Assembly: GCA_046590575.1 (NCBI GenBank)
Contig: JBKJUS010000169.1
Location: forward strand, 818-64,817
Direction of reading: 5' to 3'
Source: Mycobacteriales bacterium
GTDB lineage: Bacteria; Actinomycetota; Actinomycetes; BP-191
DNA length: 64,000 bases
In this document: positions 37,693-48,055 of the stretch, in pieces
Numbering within the stretch: the first letter of the stretch is position 1
Layout of the letters: every line of letters begins with the position of its first letter
Made by a program: the position numbers and the translations under genes
Notes under the pieces: model-generated
Database searches by the model: none
What the model was told of the DNA's origin: nothing
What the model saw: only the letters and a program-made list of their open reading frames with translations

Positions 37693-38472
37693 TTAGACGC
37701 CTGTGTTGGACGAGATGAAGGAGCGGATAGCTGGGTTGTTGATCTCGCTGTACACGCCCGGGAACTTCGGCAGGGCGCAGCTCTGGCCGTAGCTGACGAC
37801 GCCGATCTGAACCGGGCCCGCAGGTGTCGGCGCAAAGAGCGGCCCCCCCGAGTCACCCTGGCAGGAGTCCTTGAGCAGCGCCGCTGCGCAGACGCCGGTT
37901 GCGTCGTCGAAGCCGAAGTTGGTCTGTCCGCATTCGGCGTCGGAGACGACGTTCAGGTCGACCTGTCGCAGCCTGCTCGTCGAGTTGAGGCCGAGCGTGG
38001 GGGTCTGGTCGCCCCAACCTGTCACCGTGACCCGGGTGCCGGCGGTCTCCAGCGCCTCGTTCGCCGCGGTGGCCAACGTGATCGCCGGCGAGGTTGTCAC
38101 GGACGTCAGCTTCAGCAGCGCGACGTCGTGGGTGGAGTTCTCGTACGCCGGGTGCACGATCACCTGAGAGACCTTGATCCGCTGACCCTTGCTCGCGTCG
38201 GCGAGATTGGTGCGACCCGTCACGACGAACAGGTCGTTGGCGCTGCCGTCGGCGACGCAGTGTGCTGCGGTCAGCACCCAGCTGGCGCTGATCACGCTGC
38301 CGCCGCAGAAGGCGAATCCAGAGCCGTCCTGAATAGAGGCCATGAACGGAAAGGCGCCTTCAGTGGCCGCCGAGCCGCCGACGACCGCCTGACTCGGCGC
38401 CGCGGCGATCAGGGTGCCGCCACACGCCAGGCTGGCAGCGGCGAGGGTTCGTACGAGGAAGCCGAGACGCAT
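37693..38472 (-). CDS. secreted trypsin-like (S1 family) serine protease
   Basis: Signal peptide. Catalytic triad motifs TAAHC, D and GDSGGP. Confidence 0.75.
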   Translation of the reverse strand: MRLGFLVRTLAAASLACGGTLIAAAPSQAVVGGSAATEGAFPFMASIQDGSGFAFCGGSVISASWVLTAAHCVADGSANDLFVVTGRTNLADASKGQRIKVSQVIVHPAYENSTHDVALLKLTSVTTSPAITLATAANEALETAGTRVTVTGWGDQTPTLGLNSTSRLRQVDLNVVSDAECGQTNFGFDDATGVCAAALLKDSCQGDSGGPLFAPTPAGPVQIGVVSYGQSCALPKFPGVYSEINNPAIRSFISSNTGV

Positions 38473-38572
38473 GCGGATGTCCGATCGGTCGGGGAAAGGT
38501 GTCATATGTCCTAACGCCGGACCGACCGGATCCATTCGCGTGTATCTCTCACTTCTCGGTGAGATCGTGGTG

Positions 38573-38845
38573 TCAGGCAGGCGAGGTCGCCAGGTTGCGC
38601 CCGATCCGGACCAGCGTGACTCCCATCAGCATCAGCGTGATGGCGGTGAGCACGACGAAGAGCAGGTTCAGGCCAGTCAACGGCAGAGTGCCGTTGGCCA
38701 CGCCCTGAACGGTCGCTACGAGGGGATTGGCGTTCTGGGTGATCTTGACGCCGAGGACCTCGGCATTGCTCTGGCTGGCCAGGGTGCCGACCACCGGGGT
38801 TGCGGTGGCGCCGGCGACGATGGTGCCCGTAGTGGCGTGGTACAT
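38573..38845 (-). CDS. tiny LPXTG-sorting-signal protein (mature domain about 30 aa)
   Basis: Strong GGAGGA RBS 6 nt before the ATG. Weak N-terminal signal-like segment ending SNA. C-terminal LPLTG, then a hydrophobic helix and an RIGRN tail. Lies 46 nt downstream of the GT2 gene. Confidence 0.45.
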   Translation of the reverse strand: MYHATTGTIVAGATATPVVGTLASQSNAEVLGVKITQNANPLVATVQGVANGTLPLTGLNLLFVVLTAITLMLMGVTLVRIGRNLATSPA

Positions 38846-38890
38846 GAAGCTGTCCTCCAGTGCGAGATGGGGAAGTGCGGGGAATTTTCG

Positions 38891-40057
38891 TTACCAGCTC
38901 AAGGGCTTGCTGCGCATCACCAGCCAGGCTGATCGGACCGACCATGCTTGACCGACGAGCGTGAGCAGCTCGGTCGGCAGGACGGTCACGGCGAGCACGC
39001 AGTCGAGCCAGGTGCGACCGCGCATCTTCCAGGCCACGACGAGCCGGTCCATGGCCGCCAGAGCGAAGGGCAGTGCCCAGAACCAGTTGACCTGCACGGG
39101 TAGATCGAGCACCAGGATCAACAGCCAGGCGGTCAGACCCAGCACGCGTAGGACGACGCCGAAGAGCATGGTTGCGTACGCCCACCAGTTGCGACGCGTC
39201 CACGGCGTCCAGCCCTCGCGGACCATCTCCTGGAACGTTCCGCCGGACCAGCGCAGCCGTTGCTGCCACAAAGCGCGCAGAGTCACCGGCGTGTCTGTAA
39301 AGGCGAGGGCGTGCGGGGAGACGCGGATCTGCCAGCGGGCGGCGCGCAGGTTGAGCGAGAGCCGGTAGTCCTCCACGATGCTGTCGGTCGCCCACGGCGC
39401 ACCCTCGGCGCGTGCGACCTGGTGCAGAGCCGCATTGCGGAAGAGCGACCCGAAGCCGCCGAGCACCTCGGTGGAGAACTTTCGGCGGACCAGGCTGCGG
39501 TCGTACGCCGCGAAGTCCAGCGCCAGCAGATGCCACAGCACGGTGCTCCACCAGGACATGCCGGCCGGGGGAACCTTGTTCAGCGGCCGACCGCAGATGC
39601 CACCGATGCCGTGCTCGGCACTCATCTGCGTGCGCATCCGTTCGATGCAGCGCGGGTCGAGGATCGTGTCAGCATCCATAGAGACGACGAACCGCGCATC
39701 CTGGCCGTAGCGGGTCCATGCCTGGTTGAGTGCCCCGGCCTTCCGATGGGGGTTGTCCACGGTTTCCATCACGACGACGGGGTAGCGACGAGCGATCTCT
39801 ACCGTCTGGTCGGTGCAGTTGTCCGCCACCACCACGACGAGGGCGGGGCGATAGGTCTGGGCGAGCACGGACTCGATCGCGGCGGCGATCTGGTCTTCCT
39901 CGTTGTGCGCCGGGATCAACACGACCGTGCGCTGAAAGTCCGGACGATGTCCGCGACGGCGACCAGCGCGACGGGGGGCGTTCGGCGTAGGTCGATGGCC
40001 ATCCCGGGGCAGCCCGCGGCCGGAGATGGCAGCGGGATCAAGGCTGCGGACGAGCAT
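38891..40057 (-). CDS. family-2 glycosyltransferase, processive membrane synthase type (NodC/PgaC/cellulose-synthase-like)
   Basis: DxD region, QxxRW motif (QQRLRW) and C-terminal TM helices. Confidence 0.7.
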   Translation of the reverse strand: MLVRSLDPAAISGRGLPRDGHRPTPNAPRRAGRRRGHRPDFQRTVVLIPAHNEEDQIAAAIESVLAQTYRPALVVVVADNCTDQTVEIARRYPVVVMETVDNPHRKAGALNQAWTRYGQDARFVVSMDADTILDPRCIERMRTQMSAEHGIGGICGRPLNKVPPAGMSWWSTVLWHLLALDFAAYDRSLVRRKFSTEVLGGFGSLFRNAALHQVARAEGAPWATDSIVEDYRLSLNLRAARWQIRVSPHALAFTDTPVTLRALWQQRLRWSGGTFQEMVREGWTPWTRRNWWAYATMLFGVVLRVLGLTAWLLILVLDLPVQVNWFWALPFALAAMDRLVVAWKMRGRTWLDCVLAVTVLPTELLTLVGQAWSVRSAWLVMRSKPLSW

Positions 40058-40284
40058 GAGCTCTGGTCCCTTCGGCCGTCTTGGAGGTGGGTTGTCTGGT
40101 TTGTCTGGCTACGTCGCTTTCCGTAGTCAGACGGTTGCTTGCTCTACGTTGCCCGCATTTCCCTCGTTCACGCTGGATGCACTGCGTAGCCCAAGCCACA
40201 CTGGGCTTACCTTCGGCGGGAAGGGTTACAGCCCCGGCCAGGCGCACCCGACACGGTTCAGGACGCCACCGCCGAGGAGCCCTT

Positions 40285-41334
40285 GTGCACCGGTCCCGCT
40301 GTGCCCGCTCGTTCGCTCGCGCCTTCGCTGCTCTCGTTGTCCTCGTGCCGCTGCTGGGCGCGGTGACACCGGCGCACGCCGCGGCCGCCCCTCGACGGGT
40401 GACCGCGTGGCTGCCGTACTGGGACCAGGCTCGCGGCTACCAGAGCTTCCTGGCCCATGCAGATCTCTACTCGGTGTTGTCGCCGTTCTGGTACTCGATG
40501 ACTCCGACCGGGTCTGTGCAGGGCTACCCGGGAGCGGCTGACAAGTCGATCGTGGCGGGCGCCCGGGCCAACGGCGTGCGAGTGCTGCCGACGATCACCA
40601 ATGACTTCGACCCGGTGCGGGTCCGCACCATGCTCTCGACGAAGATTCGCCAGAGCCGACATGTCTCGGCACTGGTGAACCTCGTCAAGTCGAACGGCTA
40701 CGACGGGCTCGACGTCGACTACGAGAACCTGTATGCGGGTGACCGCAGCCGGTACTCCAGCTTCCTCAGCAAGTTGGCGACTTCCCTGCACAGCGCCGGC
40801 AAGACACTGTCTGTGGCTGTGCACCCGAAGACGTCTGAGCCTGGCTCGTGGAGCGGCCCTCAGGCGCAGGACTACAAGGCGATCGGCGCCGTGGCGGACA
40901 CCGTGCGGGTCATGGCCTACGACTACTCGTGGTCGACGTCGGCCGCCGGGCCGGTTGCGCCGTTGACTTGGGTCGATGAGGTCGCCCGGTTCGCGGCCAG
41001 CCAGATCGCACCGTCGAAGATCGAGTTGGGCATGCCGCTCTACGGCTACGACTGGGTCGGTACGGTCGGGACCGGCGTCACCTACGACGAGGCCATTGCT
41101 CGTCGTACGGCGTACTCGGCGACCAGCCAGTGGTCCTCGACGGCTCAGTCGTCATGGTTCTCCTACGTCGCTGACGGTGTTGCGCACACGGTGTGGTACG
41201 CCGACGCCTCCTCGGTGGCGGCCGCATTGCCGATCGTGGATCGCTACGGCCTGGCCGGAGCGGCGTTCTGGCGCCTCGGCGGCGAGGATGCTGCGACGTG
41301 GGCAGCCGTCCGGTCCCACTGGTCGACCGCGTAG
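40285..41334 (+). CDS. secreted glycoside hydrolase family 18 (chitinase-like) protein
   Basis: GAGGAG RBS plus GTG. Signal peptide. GH18 catalytic motif DGLDVDYE (DxxDxDxE). Confidence 0.7.
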   Translation: MHRSRCARSFARAFAALVVLVPLLGAVTPAHAAAAPRRVTAWLPYWDQARGYQSFLAHADLYSVLSPFWYSMTPTGSVQGYPGAADKSIVAGARANGVRVLPTITNDFDPVRVRTMLSTKIRQSRHVSALVNLVKSNGYDGLDVDYENLYAGDRSRYSSFLSKLATSLHSAGKTLSVAVHPKTSEPGSWSGPQAQDYKAIGAVADTVRVMAYDYSWSTSAAGPVAPLTWVDEVARFAASQIAPSKIELGMPLYGYDWVGTVGTGVTYDEAIARRTAYSATSQWSSTAQSSWFSYVADGVAHTVWYADASSVAAALPIVDRYGLAGAAFWRLGGEDAATWAAVRSHWSTA

Positions 41335-41433
41335 GTCGCCTTCCGCTGCCCTCGAGCCCCACCAGTACGGCTAGGGTTGCCGTGTAGATGACCGCACCCA
41401 CAGCCGCGGCGACGGCCGATTGGAGGCTCGGGC

Positions 41434-41982
41434 ATGGGATCTCGCATCGAGGTGAACCAGAGCGCTGGCGACCTGACTCTGCACACGGGCCGTGCGGGAC
41501 TCGGTAGCAAGGCGGGCCACGACCTGACCTTGCGCGTGGGGAGGTGGTCCGGTCATGCCGAGCTCAGCGACACGGGTGAAGGCTCCGCCATCCGCGTGGT
41601 GGCCGAGCTGAGCTCGCTCGAGGTGGTGCGTGGCGACGGGGGGCTCAAGCCACTCACGGACAAAGACAAGGTCTCGATCCTCGAGAACGCGACGGGCACG
41701 ATGAAGGCCAAGAGTCATCCCGAGCTGGTCTTCGAGGCGGCCGGACTTGAGCTGACCGAGGGCAAGAGCCGAGTCACTGGGCAGGTGTCACTTGCTGGCG
41801 TCACGAAGCCGCAGAGCCTCGACCTGACCATCACTCGCGAAGGTGGAACGGTGTCCGTCGAGGCGCGCGGTGAGCTCCTGCAGACTGACTTCGGGATCAA
41901 GCCGTACACCGGGCTGCTCGGCGCATTGAAGGTGCGCGACATGGTGGAGATCCGCGCTCAGCTCACCCTCGCGACGGGTTGA
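41434..41982 (+). CDS. YceI-like family protein
   Basis: GGAGG RBS. The C-terminal ...TDFGIKPYTGLLGALKVRDMVEIRAQL resembles the YceI barrel ending. Confidence 0.5.
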   Translation: MGSRIEVNQSAGDLTLHTGRAGLGSKAGHDLTLRVGRWSGHAELSDTGEGSAIRVVAELSSLEVVRGDGGLKPLTDKDKVSILENATGTMKAKSHPELVFEAAGLELTEGKSRVTGQVSLAGVTKPQSLDLTITREGGTVSVEARGELLQTDFGIKPYTGLLGALKVRDMVEIRAQLTLATG

Positions 41983-42030
41983 CCCACCCACCGAAACCAA
42001 AGCGCGTCGGTGCCTCGGCCGGTGTTCGGG

Positions 42031-42348
42031 CTACCTGATCACCGGGTTGGAGATGTCGGAGCCCGGCGGCATGGAGTCCAGCTGGTAGCAGCCGTCGCCA
42101 TTGCCTGAGGTGCCGGAGTCCGGCCCGTGGTGTGCGGTCTCCAGGCCGTACGCCGCCGGGTCTCCACCGCAGGTGACCCCGCTCGTGGAGTAGGCACCGT
42201 GGTTCGCGCTGTTGGCAAGCACCTGGCCGGCCCCTTGGTGAGCCGCCACCACCCGATGCGGGTGGGCGGCCGCCGGCGCTGCTGCGGCGAGCACCATCGC
42301 GCTAGCCGTCACCGCACCCAACGAGAGCCTGCTGAGAAGCTTGTGCAT
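42031..42348 (-). CDS. small secreted hypothetical protein
   Basis: Signal peptide MHKLLSRLSLGAVTASAMVLAAAAPAAA. About 105 aa with a His-rich N-terminal part. Confidence 0.4.
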   Translation of the reverse strand: MHKLLSRLSLGAVTASAMVLAAAAPAAAHPHRVVAAHQGAGQVLANSANHGAYSTSGVTCGGDPAAYGLETAHHGPDSGTSGNGDGCYQLDSMPPGSDISNPVIR

Positions 42349-42420
42349 GGTGGAGTCCTCCCCTTGCGCTTCGGTCGGCCCGAGGCGATGAGCTGAGGCT
42401 AAGGGCGACAAGGCACCGAT

Positions 42421-45195
42421 TCATGAGGGATCTCCCTCATTCCTGTCCACTGTTGGCGCCGATGAGGCCCGGGCCAGCACGGCCGCGAGCTCGGCCCGGT
42501 TGCGGACGTCGTACTTGGCCAGGATGTTGGAGACGTGGCGCTCTACCGTCTTGCGCGAAAGGAAGACGGTTGCGGCGATCTCCGGATTGCTTGCGCCGGT
42601 CGTCAGCAGGCGGGCGATCTCCTGTTCGCGCTCACTGAGCTCGCCGCCGGTGGCCGAGCCACGTCGCCAGGTGCGTACGCCGAGCTCTCGCATGCGTCGT
42701 GCAACGGCAGCGGTCACGTTGGACGCCCCGATGGCGCAGCTGCGCCGCGAGGCCTCCTCGAGCGCCGACAGCGTCTCCTCCTGGTCGTCGCCCGTGAGCG
42801 CGGCCAAGTCAGTGCTGATCCAGAGCGCACTCAGCAGTTCGCCGGTGCTTTCGTAGTCGGCCCGCAGGTCCTCGAGGTATCGCGTTGCTGGGCGGCGGTC
42901 ACCTTCCGCGGCCATGACAAGCGCCGCCGCCCAGGTCTGCCACCTCCGAACGATGCGTGGTGGGTCGCTTGTGGCCTCTTCCTGCGAGGTGTCGAGCAGT
43001 ATTCGCGCTGCGGTGGTGTTGCCGAGGACCGAGTGGGTGATAGAGGTAGTCAGCCGCGCCTCCTGCCGGCACCGCCGGCAGCCGACCGTCTCTGCTGCGC
43101 TGATCGTGCGGTCGCACAGATCGGCGGCGGTGTCAGCGTCACTCCCGGAGCCCAGCCGGGCCGTGAGCGCCGCAGCGCATTGCAGAGATCTGATCGCGAA
43201 GTGCGGTGTCGTCCGAGGTGTCTCGTCGACGATGCGCCCCACCGCGACGCGCCAGTCCGCGGTCAGCGCTCGCACCTCCTGGACGGCGGCGGACACACTC
43301 GTCAGGTCCATCCCGACGGTGAACCGTCGAGCAAGCTCGCGGCTTCGACCGACCAGTGGTTCGACCTGGTCTGAGATCATCTGGGCTTCGGCGAGTTTTC
43401 CTTGCTCTGTCAGCGCCTCCAAGAGCTGTCCGGCCGTCTCCAGGACGCGGCTGGTGTGTCCCGCATGCACCGCGGCTCTCCAGTGCCGACGAGCGATTCG
43501 CTCAGCGCCGGGGAAGTCTCCAGTCGCCATGAAGGTGAGCACGCGGTAGGTGGCCACGGTGTAAGTCAGGTCTGGATGCCCACGCGCGAGGGCGTCCATC
43601 TCGTCGGCGTACACCACCACCTGGTCGAGGTCGCCGCGAACAAGGGCATCCTCCATGCCGACCTCGAGCGCTTCGACCACGACCGGCAGCATGTCTGGTG
43701 AGGGCGACGCGCCAAGCTCGCGGGCCGCGCTCACCGCGCGCCTCGACGCGGCGGCAGCCTGGTCGAACTTCGACTCGCTCCACCGCAGTACGTGAGATTC
43801 CAGTGCCTCCACTCGAACGATCAGGGCGGGATCTCCCTGTGCCAGTGCGCGGGCCCGTTCCAACCACCGCAGCGCGGCTGCGCCGTCGCCCGACTGATAC
43901 TTCGACCGAGCCGCCTCGCGCGCCGCGATGGCCTGCGTCTTGAGATCGGGCGCCAGATCCACCACTCGCTCCCATAACGGGAGCGACAGCTCAGGCTCAC
44001 CGAAGTCGGTCGCCAGCTGTGCGAGCGCGGGCAGGAGGACGTCGATCTCCGGTCCCGCGGCGTGCTCGACGATGGCGGCGAGCTCGCGCACTCCCGTCAT
44101 GTCCATCAGTCCACGCTGCGGCGAAGTCGTGATTCGGCCGACCAGGTCACCGACGGCGTCGCCGGCATTCACCCGGTGCTGCACGGCTCCGATCAACGCG
44201 GACAGCTCATTGCTGCGCTCGAGCCAGCCCGCGACTGACCGATGCAGGTTCCTCCTCACGTCGGCTGGGAGGTCTGCGACCACCGCCGATCGCACGAGAT
44301 CGTGGACGAGCGAAACCATGTCGTACCGCTGATGGGCCAGGCCCCGGTGGACGAGAGACTCGACGGCCGCTTCGACTTGGGCCGAAGACCAGCCGAGGAC
44401 CTCTGCCGCAGCGCGCACCGATAACGGCCGAGCCGCGACTCCCAGCGCGCTGGCCAACATTGCGGCATCGACTGAGCACGCTCGCAGCCTGGCCTGGACA
44501 AGAGAGGTGCTAGTGGACCGGCTTTCGTCTTGGGCAAGCATGCGCAGCCAGAAGGGCGATCCGTTGGCGGTCACCCAGTACTGCTCGGCGACTTCAGCAG
44601 TGATGGATTGGTCGATGTCGCGCACCAGCGTCGCGCCGGCCGCGCGGTCGAGCGGCGCGAGCTGGGTCGCGTGCACTGCAGGGCTGCCCAGCAGGCTGAT
44701 CAGTGCGTCGTGGAGTGCGGCGACTTCCGCACAGGGACGAGCAGCGATGACGAGTAGGACGTCCCGGCCGCGGTCCCGGCTACCTCTGACTACGTAGTGC
44801 AGCAAGGCCAGAGTCGACGAGTCCAGCCACTGCAGGTCATCGACCGTGATGACGACTGGTCGTGACTCGGCGACGACTGCTTGCTGGACCTCTTCGAACA
44901 CTCGCGTGACGTCTGTCAGCAGTTGGTCAGCATCGAGCAGTTTCGCCAGGGCCGGGTGCTCCAGCGCGAGGTCGCGAATCAGATCGCTGGCCGCGGCGAG
45001 AGGGGCGAGGGCTTCCGGCTCGTAACCCCGAAGCGCCATCACTCGGCGCTTGCCGAGAGTGGCGCACGCCTCAGCCAGGAGGCGGGACTTCCCGCTGCCG
45101 GGATCGCCGGTGATGAGCACCGCTCGAGAGCCCTCTGCTGACACTGCGCTGGCAATGAGGTCCAACTGGATCGCGCGACCTACGAACCGTTCCAT
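42421..45195 (-). CDS. LAL-type (large ATP-binding LuxR family) transcriptional regulator
   Basis: N-terminal Walker A (GDPGSGKS), long helical TPR-like middle region, and C-terminal LuxR HTH (EREQEIARLLTTGASNPEIAATVFLSRKTVERHVSNI). Confidence 0.8.
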   Translation of the reverse strand: MERFVGRAIQLDLIASAVSAEGSRAVLITGDPGSGKSRLLAEACATLGKRRVMALRGYEPEALAPLAAASDLIRDLALEHPALAKLLDADQLLTDVTRVFEEVQQAVVAESRPVVITVDDLQWLDSSTLALLHYVVRGSRDRGRDVLLVIAARPCAEVAALHDALISLLGSPAVHATQLAPLDRAAGATLVRDIDQSITAEVAEQYWVTANGSPFWLRMLAQDESRSTSTSLVQARLRACSVDAAMLASALGVAARPLSVRAAAEVLGWSSAQVEAAVESLVHRGLAHQRYDMVSLVHDLVRSAVVADLPADVRRNLHRSVAGWLERSNELSALIGAVQHRVNAGDAVGDLVGRITTSPQRGLMDMTGVRELAAIVEHAAGPEIDVLLPALAQLATDFGEPELSLPLWERVVDLAPDLKTQAIAAREAARSKYQSGDGAAALRWLERARALAQGDPALIVRVEALESHVLRWSESKFDQAAAASRRAVSAARELGASPSPDMLPVVVEALEVGMEDALVRGDLDQVVVYADEMDALARGHPDLTYTVATYRVLTFMATGDFPGAERIARRHWRAAVHAGHTSRVLETAGQLLEALTEQGKLAEAQMISDQVEPLVGRSRELARRFTVGMDLTSVSAAVQEVRALTADWRVAVGRIVDETPRTTPHFAIRSLQCAAALTARLGSGSDADTAADLCDRTISAAETVGCRRCRQEARLTTSITHSVLGNTTAARILLDTSQEEATSDPPRIVRRWQTWAAALVMAAEGDRRPATRYLEDLRADYESTGELLSALWISTDLAALTGDDQEETLSALEEASRRSCAIGASNVTAAVARRMRELGVRTWRRGSATGGELSEREQEIARLLTTGASNPEIAATVFLSRKTVERHVSNILAKYDVRNRAELAAVLARASSAPTVDRNEGDPS

Positions 45196-45338
45196 GGTGC
45201 CACCGTACGGGGCCGGCGCCCCGGCGGGAATGTGACCAGGTTGGCCGCGCCGAACCTTCCGAAGTTGAGGTCCGATGCGGTGCGGAAGCTCAGTCGCGCT
45301 CGACCGGGTGGTCCGCCTCAGCCCAGGCCGTAGGAGGT

Positions 45339-45596
45339 CTAGCTGCGGCGCGGCTGCGGCACACCTTGCGCGGTGTTGTAGGTGAGGACCGCCCGGCTTG
45401 CCATCATGAGCTGGTGCCGCAGAGTGTTGACCTCAGCCAGCGTCAGCCAGACCAGGTGCCCGTCCACGACGAGAGCGACCCGGTCGTGTGAAGCGTGAAC
45501 AGCGACCCCCGGCTCGGTCAGGTCGAGGATCGGTGGAGGCAGGGGGGCGGCCGTGGGCGGGTCGACGCTCGGGCGCTTACGGGCGAGGAGGGCCAT
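45339..45596 (-). CDS. small hypothetical protein
   Basis: ORF only. No motif. Confidence 0.25.
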   Translation of the reverse strand: MALLARKRPSVDPPTAAPLPPPILDLTEPGVAVHASHDRVALVVDGHLVWLTLAEVNTLRHQLMMASRAVLTYNTAQGVPQPRRS

Positions 45597-45735
45597 GCAT
45601 TTATTGTGCACCGCGGCCAAGCCGCAAGCCCATAGCTCGTTCGTGTCGTCAGTAGTAGCACAAACGACTCATCCCGTTGCACGGCGTAGCGTCGGCCCAC
45701 GACACGACGCCACGGGGAACCACGGGGAGCTGAGC

Positions 45736-46020
45736 ATGGCCACGTTACACATCGAGCACGCCATCACTGACCTGGAGACCTGGCTCGGTGCTTTCCACCG
45801 CTTCGCTGAAGCGCGCGCCGGTGCAGGTGTCCGCCAGGAGCGCGTGCATCAGCCGAGGGACGACGACAAGTACATCTACGTGCAGCTTGACTTCGACGAC
45901 GTACCGGCGGCGGAAGCGTTCTTGGGATTCCTCGAGCGCTCCGTGTGGCCGTCCGCCGACGCCTCGCCGGCGCTCGTGGGCACGCCCCGGGGCCGCGTAC
46001 TGGAGGCCGTGGCGACATAA
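45736..46020 (+). CDS. small hypothetical protein (possibly dimeric alpha/beta-barrel fold)
   Basis: GGGGAG RBS plus ATG. 94 aa. Confidence 0.35.
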   Translation: MATLHIEHAITDLETWLGAFHRFAEARAGAGVRQERVHQPRDDDKYIYVQLDFDDVPAAEAFLGFLERSVWPSADASPALVGTPRGRVLEAVAT

Positions 46021-46086
46021 GGCTTGGATGCCGCTGGTGCAGCCACCCAGTTGTGACGACCTGCGTGCTGCCGATCGACCGACGAG

Positions 46087-47352
46087 TCAGACGTCGAAGC
46101 GTCGGAGCTGGCCGGAAGTGTCGTCGACGACCCAGAGGTGGCCGTTGTTGAAGGTGGTTGCGTTCGGCGTGGTCCCGCCGTCGAGGCGAGCCAGTACCGT
46201 GCCGGTGGTTCTGTCCACGACGAGAACCTGCCCGACATCGGAGGCGGCTGCGTAGTACGTCGTCTCGGTGAGAGCGCCAGGTCCGCCGCCCGCGTCCATC
46301 GGGCTGTGGAACAGGAGCTTGCCGGTAGTTGCGTCGACGGCGACGAACCCGAACTTGTCAGCGTGCGCTTGCGAATGTGTCCACACCGTCGACCCTTCGA
46401 TCGACGGGAAGGTGGCGTGGTCGATCGGTATGTCGGTCGTGAGCAGAACCTTCGCCGTCCTCGGGTCGATCTTGGCGAGGCGCCCGGCGCCGTCGTCCGA
46501 GGTGACCCATACCTGGCCGGCGGCGCTCGAGACGGTCCCACACGGGAAGCCGAGGCTTGCGGTGCTCGTCGGGGCGCCTTGGAGGTTCGCCCGGATGATG
46601 GTCGTACCGCTGCAGGCCCACATCGCGGTGTCGTCGACGAAGACGCGTGTGATGTCGGTGCCGATAAGGCCCTTGATGACTGTCGCGATGACCCGGTTGC
46701 TTGCTGGGTCGATGCGGTGCAGCGCCGACGCGCCGCGAACCCACACACCGTTGGCGGTGACCTGGATCGTGCGCAGCTCGGCGTCCTCAACAGTGATCCG
46801 GGCGAGGATCTGCCCTGTCGACGAATGCACGCGCGTCACGACGGCCTTATCGAAGTCGGCGACCCAGACGTCGTTGCCCGCCGCGGTCACCTGGCCGATC
46901 GCTCCGCCGATGTCGATGACGGAGTCCGGCTGCGTCAGATCGGCGGGCTGAGGCTTCGCCTCCCCACAATCGAGGCCCCGTTTCCGGACGACGGCGGAAG
47001 CATCCTCGATGTGGGCTCCGGCTTCGTCGACCCGGCCCGCTTCGAGCGCCAGTTTGGCGGCGTCGAAGATGTCGACGAGCTCTGCAAGCGTCGCTCGATC
47101 ATCGGCGGCATCTGGATCGAGGACCGCAAGCCTGTCCTGCATCACCGGCACGATGGCTGCGGGTCCGCCAGGCGTGTTCCCGCCGGTGGCGCAGATGTTC
47201 TCGAGATCTTCAGCGAACGAGGCTTTCCCCGTCGTCCTAGTGGTCGAGGCGTCGTTGTCACAAGCGCTAAGGCTGAGGAGGGCGACGAGCAGAAGGGGTG
47301 CGATCCGACGGTGGCCTATCCCACGACTGCTTGGTCGGTGATGCCGCATGGT
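46087..47352 (-). CDS. lipoprotein with beta-propeller (YVTN/NHL-like) repeats
   Basis: Lipobox LSAC after the signal peptide. Repeated hydrophobic-strand blocks. Confidence 0.5.
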   Translation of the reverse strand, partial: TMRHHRPSSRGIGHRRIAPLLLVALLSLSACDNDASTTRTTGKASFAEDLENICATGGNTPGGPAAIVPVMQDRLAVLDPDAADDRATLAELVDIFDAAKLALEAGRVDEAGAHIEDASAVVRKRGLDCGEAKPQPADLTQPDSVIDIGGAIGQVTAAGNDVWVADFDKAVVTRVHSSTGQILARITVEDAELRTIQVTANGVWVRGASALHRIDPASNRVIATVIKGLIGTDITRVFVDDTAMWACSGTTIIRANLQGAPTSTASLGFPCGTVSSAAGQVWVTSDDGAGRLAKIDPRTAKVLLTTDIPIDHATFPSIEGSTVWTHSQAHADKFGFVAVDATTGKLLFHSPMDAGGGPGALTETTYYAAASDVGQVLVVDRTTGTVLARLDGGTTPNATTFNNGHLWVVDDTSGQLRRFDV

Positions 47353-47456
47353 GTACTCCCCCTGCTGGAGCAATGCCCTCTGGGCACGAGCACATCATGG
47401 CTCACAGGCCCGCCCTCGTCGACAGGCTATCGGACCACCCTTAGCTGCTCCGGGTG

Positions 47457-48055
47457 TCACCCATCGACGATTTCCTCGCCGGTGAGCCTCGGAGTTTTCT
47501 GTAGCGCGAGTTGGGTGGGTCCGCGGGGTCGGCTGGCGTAGGAGCGGAGGCCGTCGGGGCTGGTGAAGGTGACGTGCCAGGAGGTGTCCATCTCGATGGT
47601 CCAGCCTCGGTCGTGCACGAGGTAGTGGTGGAACGCGCAGAGTCGCCCGAGCCGCCCTTGACTCGGAGTCCTACGAGGCGCTCGTGGACGATGGGTCAGG
47701 GCTGGACTATGAGTCCGCCGTCGCGCACGCGCTGGGCTGAGCCCCGTCCCTCATCTGTACTGATATCGCGTGGTTTCCACGGATGTGCGGTCCCCACCGC
47801 GTGAAGATGATGCGCCTCATGAGCACAGCGAGCGAAATCACGCGACGGGCAGGGTGGGGCGGCTACCACGTGCTCCCCATCGAGCACCCCTTCTACCGGT
47901 TCTACCGCCTCGTGCAGTAACCGGCTGCGCAGAGCGAGCTGCATCCGTCCGCGCTTCGAGGCGCCGTCCGTGACTCGCAAGGACCGTGGACCCATTCGTC
48001 CGTACGCCAACTGCTTTTGAGACAAAGGGGAACAGTAATGCGCACCACACCACAC
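47457..48055 (-). pseudogene. HNH endonuclease (DUF222 / '13E12-repeat' family) remnant, 5'-truncated and frameshifted
   Basis: The C-terminal frame encodes ...GRLCAFHHYLVHDRGWTIEMDTSWHVTFTSPDGLRSY..., the hallmark tail of actinobacterial DUF222-HNH proteins. The upstream part is in another frame and interrupted by stops. The region is AT-richer than its surroundings. Confidence 0.45.
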
